A DNA stretch of 64,000 bases from Psammoneis japonica (taxonomy: Eukaryota). A model generated the notes under the pieces. The model saw nothing but the letters and a program-made list of their open reading frames with translations. It had not been told where the DNA came from and searched no databases. Position 1 is the stretch's first letter. Every line of letters begins with the position of its first letter. The position numbers and the translations under genes are program-made. Shown one piece after another: positions 1 to 12,860 of the stretch. The stretch lies in assembly GCA_008632985.1 (NCBI GenBank), contig QPGO01000088.1:186001-250000 (forward strand). Direction: 5' to 3'.

Positions 1-3000
1 CGAGTGCCAAGGAAGGTGAAGTCGCAGGCCAACATGCGCAGGTGAGCGACAGCCACAGCGCCAGTGCAGGCTCCCATCCACTCGGATTCGGCAGTGGACA
101 TTGCAACAGGGGTTGGGACAGTGGAATTGGCTTCCACCATTGCCCCATTGAAGTAGACCATAAATCCAACGGTTGACTTGGCGGTGTCCGGACAATCCTG
201 CCAGCTGGCATCGGTGAAGACCACAAATTCAGAATGACTGATGTTGTGAGCTTCGCAAATCGCGTGAACAGGGCTCGCGGTGGGATCAGAATGAAATTTG
301 ATGGCGAGGTCTTGATGTTTGCGGAGATGGCCAAAAAGGTGGACGAGAGCATCAAAATCCTTCATGCCAGGGTTGGTGCAAGCCTTTGCAAGTTTGCAGG
401 TGATCCAGAGAATGTCAGCGCGAGTGTTGCAGGTGAGACAAAGGATGGAGCAGACAGCGGATCGAAAATGGAGACCAGGACACTTGTTCGCGATTTGCTT
501 GGATTCGGCGGTGTCCTTGGGTTGATTCGCTTTGGAGCACACACAATCAACGGGGGCTGGGGCATCCTGAAAGCTGGGGCTGCCCCAAGGCGAGGTGGGA
601 GTGAGGAACCGCTTGAGGAGATTGCGCACATGTCGATGTTGGTCGAGAGAGAAGGAGCCGTCGGAATGTCGGTGAATGTGCATCTGCAAGAACCAGGTGA
701 CGTCACCGTTGAATGTGACATTGCACCTGGATCGTGTGAGATTCTCAAAGTCCTTTTCGACTCTATCGTGAGACCCAAAGTAGATGATGTCATCCGTGTA
801 GAAAATGAGCTTGAGATGTGAGCCGTCGGGGAAGTGCTTGGCAAAGAAGGTGGGATCTGCCTTGGAATTGGTGCATCCTTGGGCAAGTGAAAATTCGGAG
901 AGCTCGGTTGACCACCAAAGACCGCTGCGGATGGTCCCGCACATGCCTTTCTTGAGACGGAGGGGTGCACCAAAACATTCAGCAAATTCAGGAAAATGTT
1001 GCTTCAGAATCGGGTCGAATCGAACAAACAGGCGGCCGCGAGCGGGGGCTTGAAGGCAAGCACCGACGAAATCACCATTCTTGACGTGTCGTTTGGCCTT
1101 TGCTGCAAAAGCTGGGAAGAGCTTGATGGCACGAGAGGATGCGTTTGGTGACCAATTGTCGTCATCGGCTGATTTGCGTTGCATGTCGCCGCGCGCACAG
1201 TGTCGAGCCTTGAGTTTCTCCAGAGAGCCGTCGGATTTCTCCTTGGCACGTAGAGCAAGTGTGGTGCCGATGATCTCATCGTCTGGACGGGGACATTCAT
1301 GAAGAGCAAAAGCTTCATTGTCCACGATGAGGTTCTTGAGCTCAGATCGGACGGCACGAAGCCAGGCATCGCGAATCGCAGGAGGTTGTCTGAGGATGGC
1401 TCGAAAAGAGCGGGGAACGGGTGAGCAGTCATCAATGGGAATTGAAGAGGTGGCCTGGACGGCTTCCAAGGCCTGTTGTAAAGGATCCGGGCATTTGTGC
1501 CAATTGCAGTCAGGCCAAGGAGATTCAACGGAGGCGCTGTGCGCAGATTCCATGGCGAGCGAGTCGTCGAAGAGAGTTTGTTCGAGGAGATCGACTGGGG
1601 GAGTGGAGGAGGTCATGGCGTAGAGTTGCTCCTCGTCCGCAAAGCGCACGGAAGTGCGGAGGCCAGCGTTGGTGCGAGTGGATCGTCTGAGACCGGTTGT
1701 AGCGGGTGCAGGGGATGGTGGCGCTGAATCGGATTCATCGGATTCCGGAGGCGCGTCGGTGAGAGTGGAGGAACAAGGGGGTGAGTCAACATCAAGGAAA
1801 TCTTGAACAGTGCCCGCATGTTCATCCACCGGATTCTCGTTGTATGTCTTGAGGCTGGAGGCGTCGTTGGAGATGTTCCGGATCGGGAGTGCGCCAGAGA
1901 AGGGGACGTGGTCGTGCACGAGTGATGATTCGAAAAGTTCGTCGAAGACAGCGTCGTGCGCTACAATCAGATTCTTGGCACCGATGCCCTCAGGAACATG
2001 GATGAGGCAGCCAGCCTGGTTTGGTGCGAAACCCACATGAGTGCCACGAGATCGACGTTGAATCTGTTGTTGGGTGGTGGTCGGGCAACGAGTTGCCGGG
2101 TTGAGAGGTTGGCATCTGTCAAAAGTGACGGGACATCCAAAGACCCAAAAATTGCCAATCTTTGGAAGTCTGTTGAATGCATGGCAGTGCGGTGTAGCCA
2201 GGGAGCCATCAGGGAGCCGCGTGCCTTTGGCTGGGAGAACGTTCAGGATGGTGACGGCATGGACAAATGCATGATGGCAGAAGTGTGCCGAGAGTCGTGC
2301 ATTGACAAGGAGGCAACGAATCATCCGGCTTGCGACTTGCCACATGCGTTCCGCGACCCCGTTCTGCTCCTGGTGACGTGGAGCGGCAACTTCGACCTTG
2401 ATTCCATTGTCTTCACCAAAGGCAAGAAATTTGGAGGACAGAAAACATGTTGCGGAGTCCGCGCGGATGAAGTTTGTGTCTTGGATTTGTCCCTGGGATT
2501 GTACTTCGGTCATCCATGATTTAAAGGCGGCGATGATGTTGCCAGATGATGGGCTCTCAAGGCCACGAACACCGCAGTGGTGTCCTTTGTGGGTTGCCAA
2601 AAAGAGGTGGCAGGGAAAAGACGTTTTTGGGGTGAGTGCGACTGTGTGAGGGTTGGGAATTATGTCCACAAACACACGTGAAAATGTGTGTGTTGGTTCA
2701 GTCGGGTCACACTTAACGCGGTTGCGCTTTCGGGAGATGGCGATGCGCGCGTTGTCGAGATGGTCGTCAGTCCCGGGGGCAATGTGGCAGTCGCGCCAAA
2801 CTTCGCCAACTGTGCCCGCCAAAAGGCTCTGAGAGGAGCGACAACCGAAACGGCGACCTGCAAGGTCAAGGTCGATTGCATGTGTCGTTGGTTTCGATGA
2901 GCCTTGGGCGTCTGTTGCTTCCGTCAACGGGAGGTCGGAAGTGGGTTCCGGTTCTGTGGCAGCTGTGACATCGTGACAGGAGCGCTTGTGACGGAGAATC

Positions 3001-6000
3001 GGGAAGCTGAATGTGTGTCCGTCGCCAAAATCAAGTGTTGTGATGTTGGCAGTGATTCGGACATTGAAGAGTTCATTGGCCGTGAAGGAGGGCACCGAAA
3101 ACAAGTTCCGGTTGAGGCCGGGGATGCAATGGACGCGATCGAGAACAAGGTTGACCGGATGTCCTTGGTCGTCTTGAAAACGGAGGGTGACGGATCCAAC
3201 TTTCGTGGCATGAACGGTGGTGCCGTCTGCAATGACAACAGGGACGTGACAGGAGGTGCTGTTGTCAAGTGAGTCGTGACGAACGAAATGGGAAGAGGCA
3301 CCAGAGTCGACAAACCAACTGCTGATGTCCGTGAGGTCGGAGTCGCGGGGCAGTTGGTGAGGTCGGCACTGGTTGGGATCGTCGGCCATGCAGGCAATTT
3401 GAACGTGACAGTCAGCGGTGTTGCATGAGAAACGGGGGATGGTGTGGACCGCATCGATGGAGTCATAGCTGAGATCAGATGTGACGGAGTCGATGTCATC
3501 GTCAGAGATTGTAGTGTGCCCGGATGCGTAAGATGCCGTGGTGAAAGCGTCGTGGAAGTCGAAGCAGACTGGTGATTCCTCGGGAGAGTTCCCGGGGGGC
3601 GGTTCATCAAAAGGGCAGGCCGTGGCATCATCCGGTTCGCATGGGCGACGGACCAAAGACGGCATGGTGGATGATGATTCCGTGCTGGAGTCGCAATCAT
3701 GATGTTCAAGGGGCGGAGGACCAGCAGAATGTGAGTTGGCGGAGAGAGTGTCGTTGCCATCAATCGAAGAGGTGTCATCGAGGAGATCCTGGAGAGTGAT
3801 GGCAGGCATGGTTCCATGAGTAGAGGAAGATGCGATCGAGTCACTCGTGGAGCAGCAGGCAGATGAGTCGTCATCAAAGGAGACATGGCGTGGCACCAGG
3901 GTTGGGATAGAGTCGGAAGAGGAGGGACAACAAGAGCGAGCATCCTCCATGTCAGCTCAAGCAGCGCAGAAAATGATTTGGTCCTTCGGGGGAGGTGCCT
4001 TTGCGCGGCAGTGCATGGCAGGTGCAGTGGCTGTGAGAGCGGTCTGTTTGGAGTCCTTGGCGAGTTCGGGACAGGCGGGACGAAGGTGCCCCTTTTTTTT
4101 GCAGTGACAGCACGTGACTTCGCTGAGGTCACGAGGAGGTTTGGCAGCAGGTTGATCTTTGGGTGTGCCCTGCTTCAGATCACGGAGCCGAGAGCGACAG
4201 ACGGAGGCGTTGTGGTTGCGTTTTCCACAGCAGTCGCAGATCTCGGTTGCGTTAGGTTGGTTTGGGCGACGGTGCTGCTGTTGCTGTCGTTGTGCATTCC
4301 GAGGAGCGCGTTTGACGGCAGCAAGGTGAGCATGGTTGTTGTGAGAGCGGGAGCGGGAGCCATGCGAGAGCCGATCACGATGCTGTTGGTTGTGATGCTG
4401 CTCGTCGATGTCATAAAACGTTTGCCGGATGTCCTTAAATCGAGGAGCGGTGGCAGAGGAGAGACGAGCAGCAGTGCGAAATTCGGATTCGAATTGCTTG
4501 ATGGTAGCGTCGTAGCGGGGATGGCTGCCCATTTGGCCGAGAAAATGGGCACTGATGTCCGCATCAGTCTTGACGGGAAGGCCGGCGTTCTTGTGGCTCC
4601 GGAGTTTTCGTTCAAACCGTTGGATAAAGCTGCTGGCGGACTCGTCCGAGTTGCGAAAGACTTGGAGGTAGTCGTCTGAGCAGCAGTTGCTGTGTTCCTG
4701 AGTGATGGGCGCACAGCGTAGCTGGAGTTCTTCGAGAGCAAGTTTGCCGGAACGCGATCCAAGGTCAGAAATGTCAGATTGGTACGTTGCGTCCACACAC
4801 GTCCAGAGGAGAGCACAGAGGGCGCTGTCGGCATGGTCTGGAAGTGGGCGGAGAGGGACAGAGGGAAAATCATCGAGCACACCATTGAATTCCGGAAATG
4901 ATGCGAAGGTCCCACGCAAGTCATTCAAGAATGCACAAAATTTTTGTCGTCGTGTGTGCGGATTCTGATGGTGCTTCAGAGTGCGCAAATTTGCACAGGA
5001 TGCATGCTTCATCAGTGAATTCGACAAGGATTCCGAGGTGCGCTCGCTGGCGACATGAGAGAAAACAGTGTCGTCGACTGATGAGTGGTGGGCGGACGGG
5101 CAAGCGGGGTGTGGTCGTGGGGTGAGGGCAAGGCGGAACATGAGTTCCAAGTAAAGGGACTCGGCTTCGCGCATCATGTCCTGAAAATGACGAAGTGCTA
5201 GAGTGCTTGCTTCGCAAGCAGGGTGTCGATGAAGGAGGCGCTCGAAAGACGTTTTTGCCGAATCGACAGTGTCGCGAAGCTCAATGGCACGTTCATTCTC
5301 ACGATGGAAAAACGGTGCGAGAGCTTGTTGGGTGTCGAAGAGAGCCTCGAAGGTGACGAGACGAACCTGGACGTTGATGTCTTGGTCGACGGACAGGTCA
5401 GACGCGTCAGAGGTGTTGGGCAAAGCTGGAGAAGGTGAGTCGACTGCAGGAGTGTGAGCAGGAGAGGCAAGGGCCTCATCAAGTGCTTCATCCATTTCGT
5501 TCAACACAGGAGCAACAACATCAAAAAGCGGTGTCGCGGAGGTTGATGACGGGTCGACATGGGAGAGAGCAGGAGTGGCTTGATCCGTTGGAGATGAAAG
5601 CGGGGGGAATTCCTCAGGGGACCCCAGTGGTGCAGTGACAGTGGGAGTGGGTGGCGGGTCGTCAGCAATGGGTTGAGACCCCCCTTGAGCTGATGCACCA
5701 TGCTCATCGTCGGAGTGTACGGTTTCAACGGTGACGTAGATGAAGTGATCCGAAGAGGGGTGCGGAGGCTGCTGCGGGCCACTGTCTTGACACTTTCTTG
5801 TTTCAGGCCGAAAAAAAAAATCAGCGTCTGGATGATAAAAGGGTTTGGAGCGGGACATGCCGTGGCGGAGACGGTAGGATCGTAGGGCATGGTGTTCCTG
5901 GTTGGGAGTCATCCGGAGTGATTTCCGCGAGCATGATTTGGTTCGACGTTTTCGGGGGCGCGGCCGAGAAAAGTGAGCAGAGGGCGCGGGGTCATCGCGT

Positions 6001-6941
6001 GCGGAAGGTTTCGGAATGCGGTCATGCAAAGTGTCCAAATCGACATGTAAAATGTCAAGGGATGTGTCGACATCTGTCAATTGGTCGCGGATCGCGCGGT
6101 CACAGAGACTGTGCTCGGGGTTGAAAAACTCGGATTCGTCGTGAGTGGCTTGATCCAATGACGTGTCAAGTCGAGCACGAGAGTGCTTGATGATGCGAAA
6201 GTTGGAGCAGAGCTTTTCAGTCTCGAGTTGGAGACGATCAACGCGGGCCTGGGCCTGAGCAAGACGTTCGCTGAGAGCGGCGCGGACGTCAGCTTTGACA
6301 CGAGAGAGACGGAGCTCGTCAGGTGCAGGCAGAGCAGGAGCCGGGGTGCGTTTGACCGAAGCAATGGAGCGACGAAGAGCGCGTTGGGTGCGACGGCGAG
6401 CGGTCTTGGTGCACTTGCGAGTTGGCTGCGAAACAGCATGAAGGGTCCTGGGCAAAGTGACGGGTTTGCCGTTGCGAAGGCCACGAACAGATGAGCGAAC
6501 ACGGCGCTCAAAATCCACAGTGTCGGTAGAGCTGGAGAGCGTGCGGTTGACGGCACGTTGAGAGCGATGGGTGGAGACCTTGTTGCGCCTGGGGGCCTGC
6601 TGCGAGGGCTTGGAAGGCGGCTTGGAGCGCGGCGCAGATGTGCGCTTGATGCAACGGGTGGCAGGGTGGTGCACGCCCTGGGTCACGCGACGAGAACGAC
6701 GACGACGTGCGGCGCACATGCCAGCATGCTGGACAATGGAGCCAGCATCAACATTGTGACAACGGTCACGAGGGTCGGCCATGGGGACGTCATCGACGGA
6801 GCGTCCGTGGACCGTAAAAACTTCATGCGAAGAAAGTGCGTGCGAAGACGGCTTGGGAGAGGAAGCATTGCGAGACGCATGAGCAGCGCTCAGCTTGAAA
6901 GAAGCGGTCGTGTTGGACCAAACCGGAAGTGTTGCAACCAT
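1..6941 (-). pseudogene. gag-pol polyprotein, single in-frame TGA at 3957-3959, many Tyr>Cys/His changes
   Basis: ORF 3957..6995 and the PR/RT/RH motifs share one frame; the ORF track shows no terminated ORF in that frame downstream, so pol appears open to the window edge. DFVGACLQA and KGMCGT replace the usual AYLQA and GxYG. Confidence 0.85.
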
Positions 6942-6973
6942 GATAGGAAATGGGCAAGAACTGGGCACTCGCC

Positions 6974-7135
6974 TGAGAGTGTCTTGGGTGATCAAGTCCG
7001 TGCACTGACAGGAGAGAGCAAGCTAGAGCCTGATCTAGAAACAGCACCTTGCGACAGTGCTTTGTCTAGAAGTTGTGAGAGATTCTGAGCTAGTCTCAGA
7101 ATCGACATGGCTGTCAGAACAGATAGATTCCGACA
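6974..7135 (-). repeat. probable 5' LTR of element A (~162 bp)
   Basis: Starts TGTCGGAA, ends CTCTCA, followed by PBS-like GGCGAGTGCCCAG and then the gag ATG; the partner LTR is outside the window. Confidence 0.55.
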
Positions 7136-7956
7136 GGTTGTTGAAACACTCCGAAAGATCAGTGAATTTCAGTCACAAACCCGACTGAATGTGTGCACTG
7201 TCTTCGAACATGAGGCTCCAATGTAAAAGGGTCATGTGGGATCCCTGTCAACACCGCACAAAGCATTTCTATGTTTCACTTGTATTTTTTTCATGGCACT
7301 CTAGTGATCTCTAGATGAGTGTTTTCTTCTGTGTCTATGAGAATTCTTTCGGAACTTGAATCACCATTGTTCTCCTTGTACGAGTAGACTGCTTCCGACA
7401 TGCCTCCACTGCAGTGCTGCAGTTGCAGTGCCGTCCTTTTCCCTTGAGTTGCTGAGGAAATATTTGTTCCCAATCCTCAGAGGAAGCCACCCTTCAGACT
7501 CCTGTGCTTGATGGCAATTGCACTGGAGTTCTTCACCCGCCAGAGCAACAGCGTAGCAGTAAATCCCTCAGCAGCTGACTGCAGGAAGGGCAACCGAATT
7601 TGAGGCACCTTGGAGCACAGACGAGATGTTGGACTTATGGAGTCCTGGAAAGCCACCATGTTGTAGTGCCTTCAGCATAAGGTCACTATCCATCCATACG
7701 CACCGCAACATAGCCGGAAAGGCGGCGATAAGAAGCCGTACGGCCTCCGTAATCTTCATCGTTGATTTACTGTTTTTGTGATGGAAAAAATGCAGCGAGT
7801 TTATCACGGAGCGGAGCAGCGCGGACAACGTACAGACTTACGGGGGGTCCCCGTTAAGTAGCCGTTGTGACGGTTCCCGCTAAAAAAAAATAGCTGCGAG
7901 CACACAATGACCATCAACCATCAGCATAGCAGTCGACGCTGTTGCCTCTCAACACC

Positions 7957-10900
7957 ATGCGAAAGCTATACAAAGCCAACGATGTCATTCATTTAGGAGG
8001 TTCCGATGGGCAAGTGAAATTGGTGGCTCCAAACCTTTGGGAGGGTCTGGGCCAACACTTAATACGAGAGTTGGGTGCGAACCCAAATGTGTCGGTTTTT
8101 CTTGCGGCGCATCATGTGAAGCTATTACCGGGGTCAAGCCAAGGTATTCGAGTCCCTGTGATGGACATGATTCTCACTCGAGCATCGCATCGCCCGGAAG
8201 ATGCTCTGCACGTTATTCAGATTTCCAAAGAGGGCGAAGAACAAGACTCCATCATTCACACGTTCGAAAGCATGGGAATCCAATGGCGAATGCTCCAGAC
8301 AAACAGAGAACAGCACCGAGGGCGAATCTATACCCTTTCTGCAAAGAAAGCATACAGAAACTCTCTCCAAAAATTGCCTGTAAATCTTTGTGCAGAACTG
8401 GTTCGTCTGAACAGAGACTGCAAGCTGGGGCTTCGGGTAAACAAGGATGCAGACCACAATGTTGCAGTTATTCGGTTAATTGAGGCAGAGAATAGAGGCG
8501 TAGAACGGGTCCTTGAAGCCTACAGGAACGGTTTTAACAAACACTTGTGCCCAGCAGATCGCGTGTTTTGTAACAACGAAGATGTGACTGCCGAATATGC
8601 GCGTCCAAGACCTCCTGTTCAGTGGCGACTCGGTCCCGCTGAAGAACGATTTCCGTTTGCAAAGATTAGTGTTCAAGACAATGACAACGTTACGCTTGAC
8701 AGTGCAAGTTCTCACGACAAAGAGCAGGACGATTGTTCGCCCACAGATGGATCTGACGATAAAGAGAACGTTGAAATCGAAACCATGGACACCTACGAAA
8801 CCGACGAACAGATGCAGGACGAGTGGGAGCAGGACGATTGTTCGCCCCCAGATGGTTCTCACGACAAAGAGAACGTTGAGATCAAAACCACGGACACGTA
8901 CAAAACCGATGAATCTGCAGAACGTTTTCCGTTTGCAAAGATTAGTGTTCATGACAATGACAATGTCACATTTGACAATGCAAGTTCTCACGACAAAGAG
9001 AACGCTGAGGACGAACGAGAGCAAGACGATTGTTCGCCCGCGGATGCCGGTGCAGAGTTAGTTCCCAACGACGACACGAAACCCACGTCAAAAGCTACAG
9101 AACCTGTTGTTGCTGTTTCATCAATCGGAACAGGAGATTCTCCCGGTGGATTTGCGCATGCTGCGAATGAAAGAGATGAAATCGGCGGTTTGCCAGACGA
9201 ATCTTCGCTGAGAAAGCGCAAACGAACTCCAGGTACGGTATGACACAACTAGTTGCTCGCGTTTTGGTTGTGGTTCTGTTGTCTATTGTCATTGTTGATA
9301 CGACCCTCTTCTCATTGATGTCTTCTCACTCGTTTAACGCAGACTCTGAAATTGTGTCTTCTAGCGACGATGAAGAAAATAAACCTGATGCCTCTGGGGG
9401 CGTTTCCATTGGATCTCCGCCTGTTGCCACCGCTGCTCATCCTACTCCCGATGCTGAGACTCAAGAGGCCGATCCAAATTTGCTACCCAACGACGAGACG
9501 AACCCAACGCCCAAAGCTACAGAGCCTCTTGCTGCTGCGTCATCAATCGGAACAGGCGATTCTTCCGGCGGATTGGCGCATGCTGCGAATGAAATAGATG
9601 AAACCGGCGGTTTGCCAGACGAATCTACCTTGAGAAAGCGCAATCGAACTGCAGGTATGACGCAGTTGCTCGCATTTTGTTTGATGCTTCTGTTGTCTAT
9701 TGTCATTGTTGATACGACCCTCTCCTCTTCGATGTCTTCTCACTCATTTATCACAGACCCTGAAAATGCGTCTTCTAGCGACGATGAAGAAAACAAATCG
9801 GACGCATTGGGTGGCTTTTCTTTAGGATCTCCGCCTGTTGCCGCCGCTGCTCCTCCTGCTCCCGATGCTGAGACTCAAAGAGGCCGATCCAGATTTGTTG
9901 CCCAACGACGAGACGAACCCCACGCCCAAAGCTACAGAGCCTGTTGCTGCATCATCATCAGACCGAATAGGCGATTCTTCCGGTGGATTGGCGCAAGTTG
10001 CGAATGAGAGAGCTGAAACCATCGTCTTGCCAGACGAATCTTCCCCAAGAAAGCGCCAACGAACTGCAGGTATGACAGTTGCTCACATTTTGGTTTTGCT
10101 TCTGTTGTCTATTATCATTGTTAATACGACCCCCTTCCTCATCGATGTCTTCTCACTCGTTAAACACAGATTCTGAAAATCCATCTTCTAGAGACAATGA
10201 AGAAAACAAATCAGACGCCTTGGGTGGCTTTTCTGTAGGATCTCCGCGTGTTGCCGCCGCTGCTGCTCCTGCTCCCTATGCTGAGACTCAAGAGGCCGAT
10301 CCAGATTTGTTGCCCAATGATGAGAAGACAACGAGTCGACGCATACGAGTCAGGATCAACCAAGACAATATGTCTGCTGGGGCACACCCAATATCAGGAC
10401 GAACTGCAGCAAAGGATGGATACGCAGTTGCTACGGGCAGAGGGGGACAAGAAGAATACGTGCGTCTTCGACGCAATTTCAACGATTACGAAAAATTTGG
10501 TCGATAAAAATGACAAGAAGAGAAGCGCGAAATTGGAGGCTGACCTAAAAAGGTTTCAAGAAAGGCACGCCGGCAAGGGCGCCTATTTGGAAGCAAAAGT
10601 ATTTGTTCCGTTTTTGGAGGACAGTGGATTCGAGGTGGTGCGGTTGGAAAAGCATGAAGACACCAACAAACTTGCCGTGCTTCGAAAAACAGAGGGCCAG
10701 TATCTCAATATACTGAAATTTATAGACAACTATGGCAATGAGCTCGCAAGACATGCACTGGTTTTCAATGCCGAGCGGGGTTGGCTTGTCGACAACTTCA
10801 AGAGCGATGAAGTTGATCCCATCAGATCGCTCGATGAAGCAGATCGCATCATTCTGAATGGCCAAAACAAGTCCGAGGCCAAGGAAAGAGCCACACACAT

Positions 10901-11246
10901 TTACTTGGATCTTCTTAATAAGAGCAAGAATGATCTTCTCGCGACGTACAAGATCTCATTAAAGGAGGAAATGCCTTTGGATGCGCGTCAGCAAGATGCG
11001 AGTGAGTCAGCCTCGGCTTCAAACGCAATCGACCCATCAACGGCGGCTAAAAACAAAAAACCAAGGCGCACTAAGGCGAATAATCAACAAGTTAAGGAAA
11101 AGAAACGCAAAGCATACATCTTAAAAAAACAGCTGGAACACAAGAGACAAAAGAGCATAGAGCACAGCAAGCGAAGGAGGAAAAGGAAAATGGCCGCAAA
11201 GAAGTCGAAAACGGACGCTGGTCTGCCTTTGCAAGAGGCAAAATGA
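7957..11246 (+). CDS. hypothetical spliced gene with acidic tandem repeats and Lys/Arg-rich C-terminus; two apparent frameshifts (possibly pseudogene)
   Basis: ORFs 7942..9243, 9240..10007 and 10248..11246 join through phase-1 GT-AG introns 9233-9342, 9655-9756, 10070-10169; extra A near 9880 and frame change near 10325. Confidence 0.5.
9060..10325 (+). repeat. three tandem ~420-bp exon+intron units
   Basis: CCCAACGACGA..AAAGCTACAGA recurs at ~9064, ~9486 and ~9901, each unit containing a homologous intron. Confidence 0.9.
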
Positions 11247-12643
11247 TCTCTAAAGTTTGTTAATCTTCTGGTCGGTCTTCCGTGGATCAATCGACTGCTG
11301 AAAAGACGTGCATGGTTTCCACTCAATCGCTGTTGCGCAAGTGTACCCTCGCTTTGATTTTCGGAATAGTTGCAAGTGATGCGATCTTTATCCTGGAGTG
11401 TATGGGGTGGGGGGAACTAAGCTCTGACCTTGCTGATGGGGACTTAAAGCTAAGGTTTAATTATTCTAGCTTCTACTGACACTGCTACTCCTATTGCGGC
11501 GTTTCCTTTTTCTCTTGTCTACTTGTCGTGACGGTGCTCCTTTCGTCTGTCATCCTCTCGATCATGGCGGTGTCTACGCCGACTGTGTCTATCGTCATCT
11601 CCATCATCTGTTTCTTCCTCCGACGTTTTGGGGCTACGGCTCCGATCACTCTCACTACTGCGACTAGCGGGTGAGCGTCTGTCAAAGGAACATGAACTGC
11701 TTTTTCGGATTAAGCGATCATCTTCGTCACGTCTACGTTGTCGATTGTAGTGGTCGGCCACCATTGTTATGTTGCCTATGTGAATGTGGTGAGCCGTCTC
11801 TTTGATGGCCATTGTGGTGTCGATCGATTCCTACATATGCCGGTCTGTCGTCCATCATCACCATGGTCTCTGCGTCTATCGTACCCATGGCGACGATCCC
11901 TTGTGTCTCCTGGTTGAGGTCCACGAACTTCTCTGGCTCCGTTGCGATGATCGTTACGATGCTGTGGTGGGCATCGCTGCTGATGAACCGCATGATTAGT
12001 GTATCGCCTTTGATCACTGTTACCTTGCTGTCGATTCCGTACATGTTGCTGGTGCTGCCGTCGAGGAGGCTTTGGTGGTCCTCACGGTGTTCTCATTTGC
12101 TGCGCATACTTGCTCCACACTTTTGCTACACTCTGTGCGCATTATTCATTTTTAAGTACGCTTCAACACACTTTTGCTTGTCGGCAAACTCGACAATGAG
12201 AAGAAGAGATTTATTAACGAGAAGGCAATTCGCGTGCTGTCGTTTTGGAAATGTTGGGGGACTTGCCATCTGCCGCTTAGTATGCACTTGCGAGCAATCG
12301 ACTTGTGTGGGTCTTGTTCACTTGTACCGTATGCACTGTGTTTCGTTTTATAGATGTCAAAGGTCCCGAGAATTTTTTGTTTGTTTGCAATTTGAAATGA
12401 ATCCGGTGACGGACGAGGAGGACTTGGAACGTCGAGGCTGAAATTATGCGAGAAAACGGGACCGGCGCTTCTCTCCAGTATGAATGCGGTGCCCTACGAC
12501 TATGACTTCTTCTGGAGGATGAATGTATCCAGGAGACGCCGTCACTCAATCATCTTCGTTATAGCACCACGATGTATAAGCAAGTCACCCATTCTTGGAG
12601 GAAATGCATCATGAATCATCACCACGGATGCACACCGGTAGGA

Positions 12644-12860
12644 TGTTGGATCGAGTAAATCTAGCTGCCAGATGGGCTCAGCTACTCACATTCTAGTACG
12701 ATAATGTGAACACAACCAACAAGATGCTTCCAGGCCTGTCACAACTGCAACAATTGCAACAAGTGAGACCAAACACCGACACCACGTCACAGTCCCGTCC
12801 CGCCCGCCACCACTTCAACTTATAGAGCGCAGCATCCAATCCTCGATACATCGGATTTCA
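12644..12860 (-). repeat. probable 3' LTR of element B
   Basis: Follows purine tract GAGGGGAC; begins TGAAATCC and ends TCCAACA on the minus strand; no partner LTR seen. Confidence 0.55.

Larger units (their letters stand above)
1..7135 (-). mobile_element. Ty1/Copia LTR retrotransposon (element A), 3' end beyond window
   Basis: One minus-strand frame carries gag Zn-knuckles (CDCCGKRNHNASVC, CCHCKKKGHLRPAC), protease WFVDSGAS (~3300), integrase QEQNGVAER (~2350), RT FYTDD (~795) and RNase H FTDASWQDCPDT (~215): Copia order PR-IN-RT-RH. Confidence 0.95.

Noticed and set aside
3957..3959. Programmed readthrough between gag and pol
   Set aside because: TGA is most simply CGA>TGA decay; Copia gag-pol is normally one ORF and no readthrough context is evident.
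7291..7858. Divergent small ORFs and imperfect palindrome CTTACGGGGGGTCCCCGTTAAG
   Set aside because: The ORFs are short, stop-interrupted and unrecognised; one short palindrome can arise by chance.
11491..12100. Arg/Asp/His-rich minus-strand ORFs as an SR-like gene
   Set aside because: Low complexity and split over frames; no defensible gene model.
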